DNA of 64,000 nt, from contig JAHPZI010000010.1 in NCBI GenBank assembly GCA_019058295.1, forward strand, positions 37,478 to 101,477, written 5' to 3'. The notes below the pieces were generated by a model. The model was not told the origin of the DNA and did not search any database. It saw only the letters and a program-made list of their open reading frames with translations. The DNA comes from Promethearchaeota archaeon. Its GTDB lineage: Archaea > Asgardarchaeota > Lokiarchaeia > Sigyniarchaeales > SOKP01. Positions 1-9,718 of the stretch are shown here, one piece after another. Within the stretch, counting starts at the first letter, position 1, and every line of letters starts with the position of its first letter. A program made the translations under genes and the position numbers.

Positions 1-1
1 A

Positions 2-1231
2 GATAATTTGTATGAAGGATTACTGCTTAGCTTTGACCATGATATTACTCCAGATTGGTTACGTTATTCTTTAGACGGGCAAGCTAATAAAACCATTCTA
101 GGAAATACTACAATTCCAATGCCAGCTGATGGGCCTCATACAATTCAGGTATTTGGCAACGAAACAGGAACAATTCATAAATCTGAGATTAGGAATTTTG
201 TTGTTAGTATAATTAATATAATAACTCCAGAGAATAAAAGATACACTAAACCTATGAGTGGATATTATCCAGCATCATATGGATTTGAAAGCGATGAGGA
301 TGGCATGGTACCATATAATTGGACATCTTCTCAGGGTACTGTAGTAGATTCACTAGACGATCATAATAAAGTTTTAGAAATTGATAATACGGATAACAAT
401 ATTTATTGGGCAGATAATACATTTGTGCAACAGGTAAATGGAACAATTGAATTTTGGTTAAATACAACTTTTACGGGCGGGGATCCGCAACGAATAAGGT
501 TAATGGGAGATACTTCCACTATTGGTCCCGATTTTAGGATTATGAATGATGCTTGGCAGTATCGAGTTGTTAATACTTGGTATACTATGTATCAAAAAGA
601 TGGTATTACGCCGATGCTTATTTACTCTGCTGATACATGGATGCATGTTAAAATTGAATTTGAATGTGGAAGCGTGGGATATAAAGGATTGTCACCAGAT
701 ACTTATAGAGTTATAATAGATGGCAATTCCTCAGAGGATTTAGATTTTAGATATACCAGAAATTGGATAGATACATTTTCAGTATGGAGCGGAGGAACAT
801 TATCTACAATTTATCAAATTTACATAGATGCTGTTGGATATTCTTGGGATACAAATTATAATCTTGGAGATAATTCGAAAGAAGGATTATTAATTAGCTT
901 TGATTGTGAAATACCATTGGATAACATTGCTTATTCATTGGATGTTCAAGACTCTGTGCCAATTCTAGGAAATTTTACTATTCCAATGCCTTCAGATGGA
1001 ACACATACAATTCAAGTCTTTGGTGATGTCTATACTTCTCAGGTAAGACCTTTTATAGTTGGTAAATATTATCCTCCCCCTCCTCCGCCTGGTGATGACG
1101 ATGACGATGACGATGAGGAAGAAATTGAATTTTTGGTTTCCATTCTAATTATAGGTGGAATAAGTTTAGCTATTGGTGCTATTGCTGTCGCTGCTTATTT
1201 AATCAGGAAAAGGAGAATAGTTCGAGAATAA
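2..1231 (+). CDS. Cell-surface protein (5'-truncated by window) with repeated Ig-like/ConA-LamG-like modules and C-terminal Pro/Asp linker-TM-basic tail (Loki-CTERM-like)
   Basis: Frame is open from position 2 (DNLYEGLL, matching internal DNSKEGLL). The block EGLL.SF...YSLD...ILGN.TIPMP.DG.HTIQVFG occurs twice. C-terminus is PPPPPPGDDDDDDDEEE, a hydrophobic helix, then RKRR. Confidence 0.75.
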   Translation, partial: DNLYEGLLLSFDHDITPDWLRYSLDGQANKTILGNTTIPMPADGPHTIQVFGNETGTIHKSEIRNFVVSIINIITPENKRYTKPMSGYYPASYGFESDEDGMVPYNWTSSQGTVVDSLDDHNKVLEIDNTDNNIYWADNTFVQQVNGTIEFWLNTTFTGGDPQRIRLMGDTSTIGPDFRIMNDAWQYRVVNTWYTMYQKDGITPMLIYSADTWMHVKIEFECGSVGYKGLSPDTYRVIIDGNSSEDLDFRYTRNWIDTFSVWSGGTLSTIYQIYIDAVGYSWDTNYNLGDNSKEGLLISFDCEIPLDNIAYSLDVQDSVPILGNFTIPMPSDGTHTIQVFGDVYTSQVRPFIVGKYYPPPPPPGDDDDDDDEEEIEFLVSILIIGGISLAIGAIAVAAYLIRKRRIVRE

Positions 1232-1360
1232 AATAGAGTTATAAATCTAATATTTATTTTTTTTTTTATTATTGCTTTTTTTAAAGTTTTATTTCAAGCT
1301 TGTTATATAAAATATAGATCTTAAAAAAGAATTTTATATGATAAAATCAACTCTAATTTT

Positions 1361-2050
1361 ATGAAAAAAAATGAATTAAAGATAGTAATATTCGCAGCTC
1401 ATCCTGATGATGAATTGATTGGTGCTGGGAGTATGCTTAAGTGGAAAGATGAAGGACATGATGTTCATATTATCTATATTACTGATGGACGCGCCGCCTA
1501 TAGTTATGAGAGAGCGAGAGGTAGATTGGATGAATCCGAAGAAACTATAAACATAACTGATGATGAGCTAGCAGAGATTAGGATGAAAGAAATTGACGAA
1601 GTAACAGAGTTTTTAGGAATCCCTAAGGAAAATATTTATAAATTTAAAATTCCAGACCAAGAAGCTAAAAATCACATTAAAAAAGGAATTGAATTAAGTA
1701 AGACTATTATTAAAGATGCGGATAGAATAGTCTTACCAAGTAATAATAATCCTCATGTAGATCATCAAGCCACTTATGATATAGCAGTAGGAGCAGCAAA
1801 AGAGCTGGATTTAAAAAATACAGAATTCTATGGATATTGTATTTATGTTGCTCAAAAGGTCCCAAAAGAAAAACTAGTAAAAATAAATATCAGAGAATAT
1901 AGGGACAAAATTTTTGAGGCTTTATCAAAATATAAATCACAATTAGTTATATCACTTGTGCGCGCTTTCTATAACACCATAAAGAAAAAACCTGCCGAAT
2001 TTTTTGGTAGATACAGTTTTTCGGATATTGGAAAATATTATAATTTTTAA
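1361..2050 (+). CDS. PIG-L/LmbE family deacetylase
   Basis: AAHPDDE, ITDG and HVDH metal-binding motifs; KYKSQL near the C-terminus. Confidence 0.9.
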   Translation: MKKNELKIVIFAAHPDDELIGAGSMLKWKDEGHDVHIIYITDGRAAYSYERARGRLDESEETINITDDELAEIRMKEIDEVTEFLGIPKENIYKFKIPDQEAKNHIKKGIELSKTIIKDADRIVLPSNNNPHVDHQATYDIAVGAAKELDLKNTEFYGYCIYVAQKVPKEKLVKINIREYRDKIFEALSKYKSQLVISLVRAFYNTIKKKPAEFFGRYSFSDIGKYYNF

Positions 2051-2126
2051 ACTTAAACCTTTTAATAGAATAAAATGAAATTATTATTCATCAATCTATA
2101 TTTAAAAATTAAATGGTGAAAAAAAA

Positions 2127-2762
2127 TTGGTTGTTGAAGCAGAGGATGATAAAGTTCCGCTTTACAAACAGTATATCTCTGTTCTAATAATAATAATAAA
2201 TATACTAGTATTTATCGTCCAGGTATTAGATCCGACAGGAAACATGCTCATTCCAGCGGGGGCATTCTATCCTTCAGAGTTCTTTGCAGGCGAGAGAATG
2301 TGGACAATTTTTACATCAACATTTATGCATGCCGATTGGGTTCATATTACGATGAATTTAGCCTTTTTCATTGTAGTTGCAGATAACTGTGAGAATGAGA
2401 TGGGTCATATTTTCTTTCTTATTACATACCTTTTATCTGGCTTGGTTGGGTCTCTCTTACATGGTATTTTCGCTATATTTGTAGGTTGGGGAGATATTCC
2501 CTCATTAGGGGCATCTGGAGCAATAATGGGTATTATAGCGGTCTATGGCACTCTTTTTCCAAAGAATAAGCTCAAATATTTAGGAGCTGTTGGAACGACT
2601 ATTAGTGCAAGAATGTTTATACTCATCACATTCGCCACAGAGCTAATTTATGGATTAACTTCCATGCTGATCCTTACAGGAACAGCACATTTTGCCCACG
2701 TAGGAGGAATGATTGTTGGATTTATATGCGCTGGTATATTTAAGATTGTAAAACGAGATTGA
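2127..2762 (+). CDS. Rhomboid intramembrane serine protease
   Basis: FMHADWVHITMN, GASG catalytic Ser, AHFAHVGG catalytic His; multiple TM helices. Confidence 0.92.
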   Translation: MVVEAEDDKVPLYKQYISVLIIIINILVFIVQVLDPTGNMLIPAGAFYPSEFFAGERMWTIFTSTFMHADWVHITMNLAFFIVVADNCENEMGHIFFLITYLLSGLVGSLLHGIFAIFVGWGDIPSLGASGAIMGIIAVYGTLFPKNKLKYLGAVGTTISARMFILITFATELIYGLTSMLILTGTAHFAHVGGMIVGFICAGIFKIVKRD

Positions 2763-2872
2763 TGTTAGTCTCAAATTAAATTTTTTTTTATTTTTTTAAA
2801 TTTAAGAAAAAAAGCAAAATAGATAAACCAAATTAAATTTAATAGATCAATTAGATTAGATGTTAAAAGCTT

Positions 2873-4246
2873 ATGACTTCGCAAGAAAGAATAAATATTG
2901 TAGTTATAGGAATGGGATATGTTGGTATCCCTATGGCTGCATTATTAGCAGATGTACCAAACTTTTATGTCACTGGAATTCAAAGAAGATCAGATAGGTC
3001 AGGCTGGAAAATTGATTGGCTTAATGCTGGGAAAAATCCTTTTGAAGGAGAGGAACCAGGATTAGATGAATTAATTGAGCGAGTTGTAAAAAATGGAAAA
3101 TTTAAGGTTACAGATAAATACGAAGATGTTAATAGCGCTGACTTTATTTTGATTGATGTACAGACCCCAGTTGATGATTTAAGAGTTCCACGTTATGATT
3201 CTTTAAAGGATGTTTCAAAATTAGTTTCTCCTCGCTTAAAAAAGGGTACTACTGTAATTATCGAATCAACTGTCGCTCCTGGAACCACTAATAATATAGT
3301 TCAACCTATATTAGAGAAAGGAAGTGGTATGAAGAGAGGAGAAGATTTTTATTTAGTTTTTTCTTTTGAACGTGTTATGCCTGGAAAATTGATAGAATAT
3401 ATTACAGATTTTCCTAGAGTTATTGGAGGGGGATGTCCAGAGGCAAACGAGAAAGGAAAATTTTTATATGGGAAAGTTGTTAAAAAGGAGCTACAAGTTA
3501 CTGACACACTTACCGCAGAATTGACAAAATGCATTGAAAACACCTATAGAGATGTGAATATTGCGTTTTCTAACGAAATGGCCTTAGTCGCTGAAGACTT
3601 CAATCGAAATATCTTTGAAATTATAGAATTAATTAACTATAGGCACGATAGAATGATGCATTATCCTGGTTCAGGAGTAGGGGGTCATTGCTTAACTAAA
3701 GATCCTCATTTATTGGTGTATGGACATCGAAACTATACTGACCATATGCATAATTCAGATATTCTATTAAAAGCAAGAGAATTAAACGATTTCATGCCAG
3801 ATCATATGATAGAGTTAATGGAAGATGCCCTAAAGGAAGCAAATAAACATGATAATTTCAAAATTGCTCTTATGGGAGTTGCCTATAAAGCAGACACAGA
3901 TGATACCAGAAATACCCCTACCGAAAGAATAGTATGGACTTTAAAGAATCGTTATCATTCTCATAATATTCAATATATTGCGCACGATCCATATGTCAAA
4001 GAACGAGATTATAAAGAGACCGATTTGACAAGGGATCTTAACGAAGCGGTTTCAAATGCAGATGTTTTAATTTTTGCGACCAATCATAAACAGTATTATA
4101 ATCTCGATTTGGACGATATAAAAAATAAAGTAAACAAAGAAAAACCAATCATAATTGATGGTCGTAATATATTTAATAAAAAATCTGTCGAAGATCGTGG
4201 ATTTATCTATAGGAAGCTTGGAGAAGGTCCGAAAAATTATAGATAA
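2873..4246 (+). CDS. Nucleotide-sugar dehydrogenase (UDP-ManNAc/UDP-GlcNAc dehydrogenase, WecC-like)
   Basis: GMGYVG Rossmann motif, IESTVAPGTT, ENTYRDVNIAFSNE, GVGGHC catalytic Cys, YKADTDDTRNTP. Confidence 0.9.
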   Translation: MTSQERINIVVIGMGYVGIPMAALLADVPNFYVTGIQRRSDRSGWKIDWLNAGKNPFEGEEPGLDELIERVVKNGKFKVTDKYEDVNSADFILIDVQTPVDDLRVPRYDSLKDVSKLVSPRLKKGTTVIIESTVAPGTTNNIVQPILEKGSGMKRGEDFYLVFSFERVMPGKLIEYITDFPRVIGGGCPEANEKGKFLYGKVVKKELQVTDTLTAELTKCIENTYRDVNIAFSNEMALVAEDFNRNIFEIIELINYRHDRMMHYPGSGVGGHCLTKDPHLLVYGHRNYTDHMHNSDILLKARELNDFMPDHMIELMEDALKEANKHDNFKIALMGVAYKADTDDTRNTPTERIVWTLKNRYHSHNIQYIAHDPYVKERDYKETDLTRDLNEAVSNADVLIFATNHKQYYNLDLDDIKNKVNKEKPIIIDGRNIFNKKSVEDRGFIYRKLGEGPKNYR

Positions 4247-4280
4247 TCTAAATCTAATTTAATCATATATAAGAATTAAC

Positions 4281-4329
4281 AATGGTAATCTCAGGTTCTT
4301 GCGGAACCTTAAAATTAAATCCTACCATT
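4281..4329 (-). other. Two-helix stem-loop downstream of the UGA-containing ORF (candidate SECIS-like element or terminator)
   Basis: AATGGTA(4281-87)/TACCATT(4323-29) and AGGTTC(4293-98)/GAACCT(4304-09). On the minus strand, tandem GA/GA mismatches can form next to the outer helix. Confidence 0.4.
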
Positions 4330-4336
4330 TTCCGAT

Positions 4337-4501
4337 TTAATCTTTGAGAATATTTTTATTATTTTTTGATATTTTTCGATTTTGAAAGTATTTTTTTATA
4401 CTCCGAGCGCAATGTATTATTCCATCAATTATTGCTCAACCACTACAGTAAGTCTTTTCTTCTACTTTACCTGAATCTACCCTATTTTTCCACTCTGACA
4501 T
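4337..4501 (-). CDS. Unannotated small protein, candidate selenoprotein (54 aa with UGA read-through: MSEWKNRVDSGKVEEKTYCSG-U-AIIDGIIHCARSIKKYFQNRKISKNNKNILKD)
   Basis: Manual translation: ATG 4501, TGA 4438-4436 in a CxxU context, 32 further sense codons, TAA 4339-4337. Confidence 0.45.
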
Positions 4502-4627
4502 CTTAAATCAATCTAAGGCTAATTTATTATAATAATAGGTAAAGACAATATAAAAATGATTATTATAAATAATAAGGTGTATATTGTGAATTTTGTATCT
4601 TTTTTTTTAATCTTTATAATTTATTAT

Positions 4628-6049
4628 TTATTTAGAAATCTTATTGAGAATCCTCAGATAATAGGCATGTATTTCTTTAACCGTTTGCGCATCAAAGTTG
4701 TCTAACTCTAATTTATTTAGTAATGTTTCATAAATAGGATATTTAAATGGATTTGCTATAGTAAAATAAGCGCAAATGAGAGCATTTATAACAATATCTA
4801 AATCATCCTTTAATTTGGTTGCAATAATTTCATCCTCATCAATAGATTTTTTTAACAAGAGGAATTGAACCTCCAAAAATTGTTTTAAAGCTATATTCTT
4901 ACATTCAAATCTATTTTCTGAGTGATCTTGAAAAAGTTTGTAAAAATCTTCATAGGCTAATTCTTCATTGTTATTAAGTGCTTTTATCGTAGAACTTATC
5001 ATATTAAAGTGATTTCTTAAAATATTTTCAACTTTTACGCCTTTAATATCTCTTATCAATTCATTACATAATTTAAGGTCTAAATTAACATTTTTATAAA
5101 CTTTTTTTAAGGGCGCCTCATCCTCTTTTGCGACTTCTGGTGTTGGTTCTGCAATTTCTTCAACCTTCTCTTTTTCAACTGTTCCTTCTAATAAGGGAGA
5201 TGACTCAACATTTATGTCTAAGATGTCTGCGATAATGTGGATCATTTTGTCGCGATTTTCGTCTTTATTTGCAACCATCGGATAGGTTTTTAATCCTAAA
5301 ATATTTTCAATATTTTCAATCTTCATCGCACTATCGAGATCTTGCTTATTTCCGATGATAGCTATAAAAGCATATGGCGCTTCTTCATTCCTCAAATTTA
5401 TAAAAAATCTACTTTTTTCAACATTTATAGGAGTGGAATCCGTTACTACTAATACTGCGGTGCTCCCTTTAATAAATCCCTTCCATAGATACTTGAATTG
5501 TTCCTGCCCTGCAAAATCAAATAATTGAAATTGTAGTTTCCCTATTTGAACAGTTGTCATATCTCCTGAAATTGTAGGTATATGCTGTAGTGGAATTTCA
5601 TCCTCTTTAAGTAAATTCTTAATAGTTGTTTTTCCTACTCCGGAAAATCCAACAAGTGATATCTTGGAACTTATGCTACTATGCATTGAATCTATAATCG
5701 AATTAAGAGATTCTTTCAACGATAGATCAATCTCTTTTTGCTCATTACTTTCCGAGTATATCTTCAAAAATTCTTCTTTAAGATTATATAGAACTGGTCG
5801 AATTAATCTAAAATAATCATCCATTAATCCTGTTATAATTATAAAACTTAGATTTAATTGAAGTTCCATTGCATAAGAAACTCTATACTTATAATAATCA
5901 AAAAATCCAATTGGTTCCTCGGATTTTTTCCTTGCTTCTGATTTAATTTTAAATCGAAGATCTTCAACTTCATTCCTATTTAAAGCGTTTGCAAAAATTC
6001 GCTGATATATTATATCATCCCCTTTAATAACAAACACTTGGCGCAACAT
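4628..6049 (-). CDS. Longin-like domain + Arf/Rag-like small GTPase with C-terminal extension (Asgard eukaryotic signature protein)
   Basis: G1 GFSGVGKT, G2 PT, G3 DFAGQ, G4 NKQD; N-terminal beta-beta-alpha pattern (QVFVIKGDDIIYQRIF). Confidence 0.85.
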   Translation of the reverse strand: MLRQVFVIKGDDIIYQRIFANALNRNEVEDLRFKIKSEARKKSEEPIGFFDYYKYRVSYAMELQLNLSFIIITGLMDDYFRLIRPVLYNLKEEFLKIYSESNEQKEIDLSLKESLNSIIDSMHSSISSKISLVGFSGVGKTTIKNLLKEDEIPLQHIPTISGDMTTVQIGKLQFQLFDFAGQEQFKYLWKGFIKGSTAVLVVTDSTPINVEKSRFFINLRNEEAPYAFIAIIGNKQDLDSAMKIENIENILGLKTYPMVANKDENRDKMIHIIADILDINVESSPLLEGTVEKEKVEEIAEPTPEVAKEDEAPLKKVYKNVNLDLKLCNELIRDIKGVKVENILRNHFNMISSTIKALNNNEELAYEDFYKLFQDHSENRFECKNIALKQFLEVQFLLLKKSIDEDEIIATKLKDDLDIVINALICAYFTIANPFKYPIYETLLNKLELDNFDAQTVKEIHAYYLRILNKISK

Positions 6050-6180
6050 TTTTCTATTAACTTCTTTATTTGATTATTATGTTTTTAATTCGTAAAAAAC
6101 TAATAAAAACCAATATTTATAAAGTTTGATAACTCAAAAAATTTAAATTAATATATTGGAATAGCACTATTCTTATTTAC

Positions 6181-6813
6181 ATGAAAAAATATAATATTAA
6201 AACTCTAGTTTTTGATTTGGGTGGCGTTTTCTTCACTAAAGGAACCATTCTAGCTATTGAGAAGATTATAGATATGTACGAGATTAAAAATAAAAACCGT
6301 CATTTATTAAGAACATTTTTTCGAGATGGTGATAAAAATGAAGGAAATTTAGTAAGGTTGGGATTAATTACAATGGATGAGTTCGAAGAAAAACTGATTT
6401 CAAAATTTAATTTAGCAGATGGGAATCATATACGCAATTTATGGTTTGGTTCATACGTCCCAAATTATAAAATGGAAGAGCTTATTATTGAATTAGGTAA
6501 AAAATATAGGTTAGTTGTATTTAGTGGCAATGTTAGAGAAAGAATCGAATTTCTTGAGAATAGGTATAATTTTGGGAAATTATTTGATGATTTTGTGTAT
6601 AGTTTCGATTATCAAAAAAACAAAAATGATATAGAATTCTATAGAGAACTCTTAAATCACATTGAATGCGACCCATCAGAAGCAATTCTTATTGACGATG
6701 AAAGAAAGAGTGTTAAATACGGACAGTCAGTCGGGCTTAATACAATTGTCTATTTTTATACTGATCATTTAATAAATGAGTTAAAAAAATATGAAATAGA
6801 AATAGATCTTTAA
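6181..6813 (+). CDS. HAD-family phosphatase
   Basis: FDLGGV motif I, VFSGN motif II, ILIDD motif IV. Confidence 0.85.
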   Translation: MKKYNIKTLVFDLGGVFFTKGTILAIEKIIDMYEIKNKNRHLLRTFFRDGDKNEGNLVRLGLITMDEFEEKLISKFNLADGNHIRNLWFGSYVPNYKMEELIIELGKKYRLVVFSGNVRERIEFLENRYNFGKLFDDFVYSFDYQKNKNDIEFYRELLNHIECDPSEAILIDDERKSVKYGQSVGLNTIVYFYTDHLINELKKYEIEIDL

Positions 6814-6862
6814 AATTAAATAAACTGTTAATTTTTTAGGAAATATACTTGAGGTTATTAAA

Positions 6863-9661
6863 ATGAAAGCGAATAACATAATAATTGTTCCAGAAACTCA
6901 TTGGGATCGCGAATGGTATCTAACTTTTCAAGAATTCAGGGCTAGACTTGTTCTCATGATGGATAAATTATTAAATATTTTGAAAACGGACCCTGATTAT
7001 AAAAATTTCACTTTAGACGGGCAAGTAATTCCATTAGAAGATTTCTTGGAGACAAGGCCAGAAAAGGAAGAAGAAATTAAGAAATATATAAAGGAAAAGC
7101 GACTTTCAATAGGACCGATGTATGTTTTACCGGACGAGTTTCTAATTAGTGGTGAATCGTTGATAAGGAATTTAATGATTGGGCATCAAATCGCAAGGAA
7201 ATATGGCTCTGTTATGAAGGCGGGATACATTCCAGATCCTTTTGGGCATATCGCTCAATTACCCCAAGTTTTAAGTGGATTCGAAATACCTTCATGTCTT
7301 TTTATGAGAGGTTTTGGAAACGAATTTAAAGAGAAAAATCTAAATATGGAATTTATATGGAATGCTCCTGGAAATGCAGCATCAATTTTAGGTATTCATT
7401 TAATTGCATCATATGGGTCTGTGGCAGAATTAAATTTGAAAAAAAGAGAAGGGCAATATAAAATGGCTCTTAAAAAGATCAATAGAGTTGTTTCGAAATT
7501 GGAACAATATACGGCAACTCCATATGTATTACTCAACAGCGGTTCTGATCATCACGATGCAGTTCCGGACATTCCTACCATTGTTAAACAATGGAATGAA
7601 CTTTATCCTAATAAATTCATGGAGCAAAACGATTTTGAATATTATATTAATAAGGTCTTGGAGACAAAACAAGATTTAAACTCTTTTCAAGGAGAACTTA
7701 GGGGAGGTAAATATAGTCCTTTACTTTCAGGAGTTTTTTCTGCCAGAATGTGGATAAAACAGAGAAATACTGCTATAGAATATTTATACGAAAAATATAC
7801 TGAACCATTATCCTCTATTACTTGGGCCCTTGACAGATCTAAAACATTCGAGTATCCGAAAGCTTATATCCTTACTGGTTTAAAATGGTTGATTAAAAAC
7901 CATCCGCATGATTCTATATGTGGTTGTAGCATTGATCAAGTTCATGATGAGATGAAAACTAGATTTGATTGGGCAGAACAAATAGGAAATGAAGTATTTA
8001 AGAACTCCTTTATCTATTTAAACGAGCTAATTAAATTTAAAGTAGAAAATAAAGATCAAACCGAGTTAATTATCTACAATCCTCTTCCATGGGAACGTGA
8101 AGATATTGTGAAATTTGATCTTGTTGGCTTAGGAACATCACGTATCAAAATTACCTCAGTTAATTTAAAGATATTAGATAATGACGGGAAAGAAATTGAA
8201 TTTCAGTATTTTTCTTTAAAAGAGTTAACAAGATTTAATCGTGAATATGATACTAGATATCGTTTAACCTTTTTAGCTAAAGTCCCGGCTTGTGGGTACA
8301 AGGTTTATTATATAATTCCTCAAGAAGATGAAAAAAGATATAACGCGGATTCAGAGAACTTTAAATTAATCGATAATTCTATAGAAAATGAATTTTATAA
8401 GGTTACTATCAATGAAAAAGGTAAAATTGACGTATTTTATAAATTGAGTGGATTTAATTACGAGAATATCTGTCTATTTGAGGATGTCGGTGATTGGGGT
8501 GATGAATATGATTATTCAGGACCAGATGAAAATCAAATTGATTTAAAATTTTTAACAAAAGATGCTATAATTACTGAAATTTCTCATTTTTTAAACGGTC
8601 CTACCCATAAAACAATTAAAATTAACATGAACTTAAAATTACCTGTTTCTTTATCAAGAAATAGAGATAAAAGAGAGGAGGCTCGAGTTGATAACGATAT
8701 CGTAATTTACATATCATTATATAAGGGAATTGATCGCATTGATTTTAAGATAGAATTAGAAAATAATAGTAAAGATCATCGTATTCGAGTCTTATTCCCT
8801 TCAAATATTAAATCAAGTAAAATCTATGCCGATGGACATTTCTATATCGTTCCTCGAAATGTGGAATTACCTAATAGTGAGGGATGGATCCAAAAAGCTT
8901 TACCTACAAATCATCAGAAAGATTTTGTGAGTGTTTGTGATGAAAAAACTTGCTTTGCTGTACTTAATAAGGGGTTACCAGAATATGAAGCAGTTAGAGA
9001 AAATGATGGAACTATAACTCTCGCAATAACCTTATTACGATGTATTGAATGGCTCTCGCGTGTGAGATTTGCCACGAGGGGGAGTATTGCGGGACCAGAT
9101 ATAAAAACCCCTGGTGCCCAATGCCTTGGAAAACACGAATTTGAATTTTCACTTGTCATTAAAGAAAAAGGCTTAAGCCCTTTAACTTCAGAGATCCATG
9201 TCAAAGGAAAAGAATTCAATAATCCTTTACAACCGATATTTATTTCGCTTATAAAACAAACACCACTACGATTCTCTGACGTTCATATTTTAAATAATGG
9301 ACTCTTAACATATTTCCAACAACCATATGTTAAAAACGTAGAATCTTATTTACCCCCTGAATTAAGCTTTCTTGAAATCGATAATAAAAATATTCAGTTG
9401 AGCGCTCTGAAAAAATCAGAAGTAGGTAATTCATTAATTGTTAGGTGTTATAATTTATCGTCTAGTGCTGAGAAAACTTCTCTAAGGTTTTATCAAGGAA
9501 TCATGATTAAAAGCGCAATACTCGTTAATTTGTTAGAAGAAAAGCCTATTAATGAAATTAAGGCAAACTTAGATTTACTTGACGAAAATACCATAGAACT
9601 AAGTTTAAACCCGCATGTGATTGCTACAATCAAAATAGAATTCGAATTAAGATCAATTTAA
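6863..9661 (+). CDS. Alpha-mannosidase, glycoside hydrolase family 38
   Basis: THWDREWY, LDGQ, YIPDPFGH, HPHDSICGCSID motifs. Confidence 0.93.
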   Translation: MKANNIIIVPETHWDREWYLTFQEFRARLVLMMDKLLNILKTDPDYKNFTLDGQVIPLEDFLETRPEKEEEIKKYIKEKRLSIGPMYVLPDEFLISGESLIRNLMIGHQIARKYGSVMKAGYIPDPFGHIAQLPQVLSGFEIPSCLFMRGFGNEFKEKNLNMEFIWNAPGNAASILGIHLIASYGSVAELNLKKREGQYKMALKKINRVVSKLEQYTATPYVLLNSGSDHHDAVPDIPTIVKQWNELYPNKFMEQNDFEYYINKVLETKQDLNSFQGELRGGKYSPLLSGVFSARMWIKQRNTAIEYLYEKYTEPLSSITWALDRSKTFEYPKAYILTGLKWLIKNHPHDSICGCSIDQVHDEMKTRFDWAEQIGNEVFKNSFIYLNELIKFKVENKDQTELIIYNPLPWEREDIVKFDLVGLGTSRIKITSVNLKILDNDGKEIEFQYFSLKELTRFNREYDTRYRLTFLAKVPACGYKVYYIIPQEDEKRYNADSENFKLIDNSIENEFYKVTINEKGKIDVFYKLSGFNYENICLFEDVGDWGDEYDYSGPDENQIDLKFLTKDAIITEISHFLNGPTHKTIKINMNLKLPVSLSRNRDKREEARVDNDIVIYISLYKGIDRIDFKIELENNSKDHRIRVLFPSNIKSSKIYADGHFYIVPRNVELPNSEGWIQKALPTNHQKDFVSVCDEKTCFAVLNKGLPEYEAVRENDGTITLAITLLRCIEWLSRVRFATRGSIAGPDIKTPGAQCLGKHEFEFSLVIKEKGLSPLTSEIHVKGKEFNNPLQPIFISLIKQTPLRFSDVHILNNGLLTYFQQPYVKNVESYLPPELSFLEIDNKNIQLSALKKSEVGNSLIVRCYNLSSSAEKTSLRFYQGIMIKSAILVNLLEEKPINEIKANLDLLDENTIELSLNPHVIATIKIEFELRSI

Positions 9662-9718
9662 AATTTGATTTATTTTTGAATCTTTAATAACACTTAATTA
9701 GTCTACAAACTATTTTTA

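Noticed and set aside
1072-1120. CCT/GAT-GAC low-complexity repeat
   Set aside because: Encodes the poly-Pro/poly-Asp linker; not an independent repeat element.
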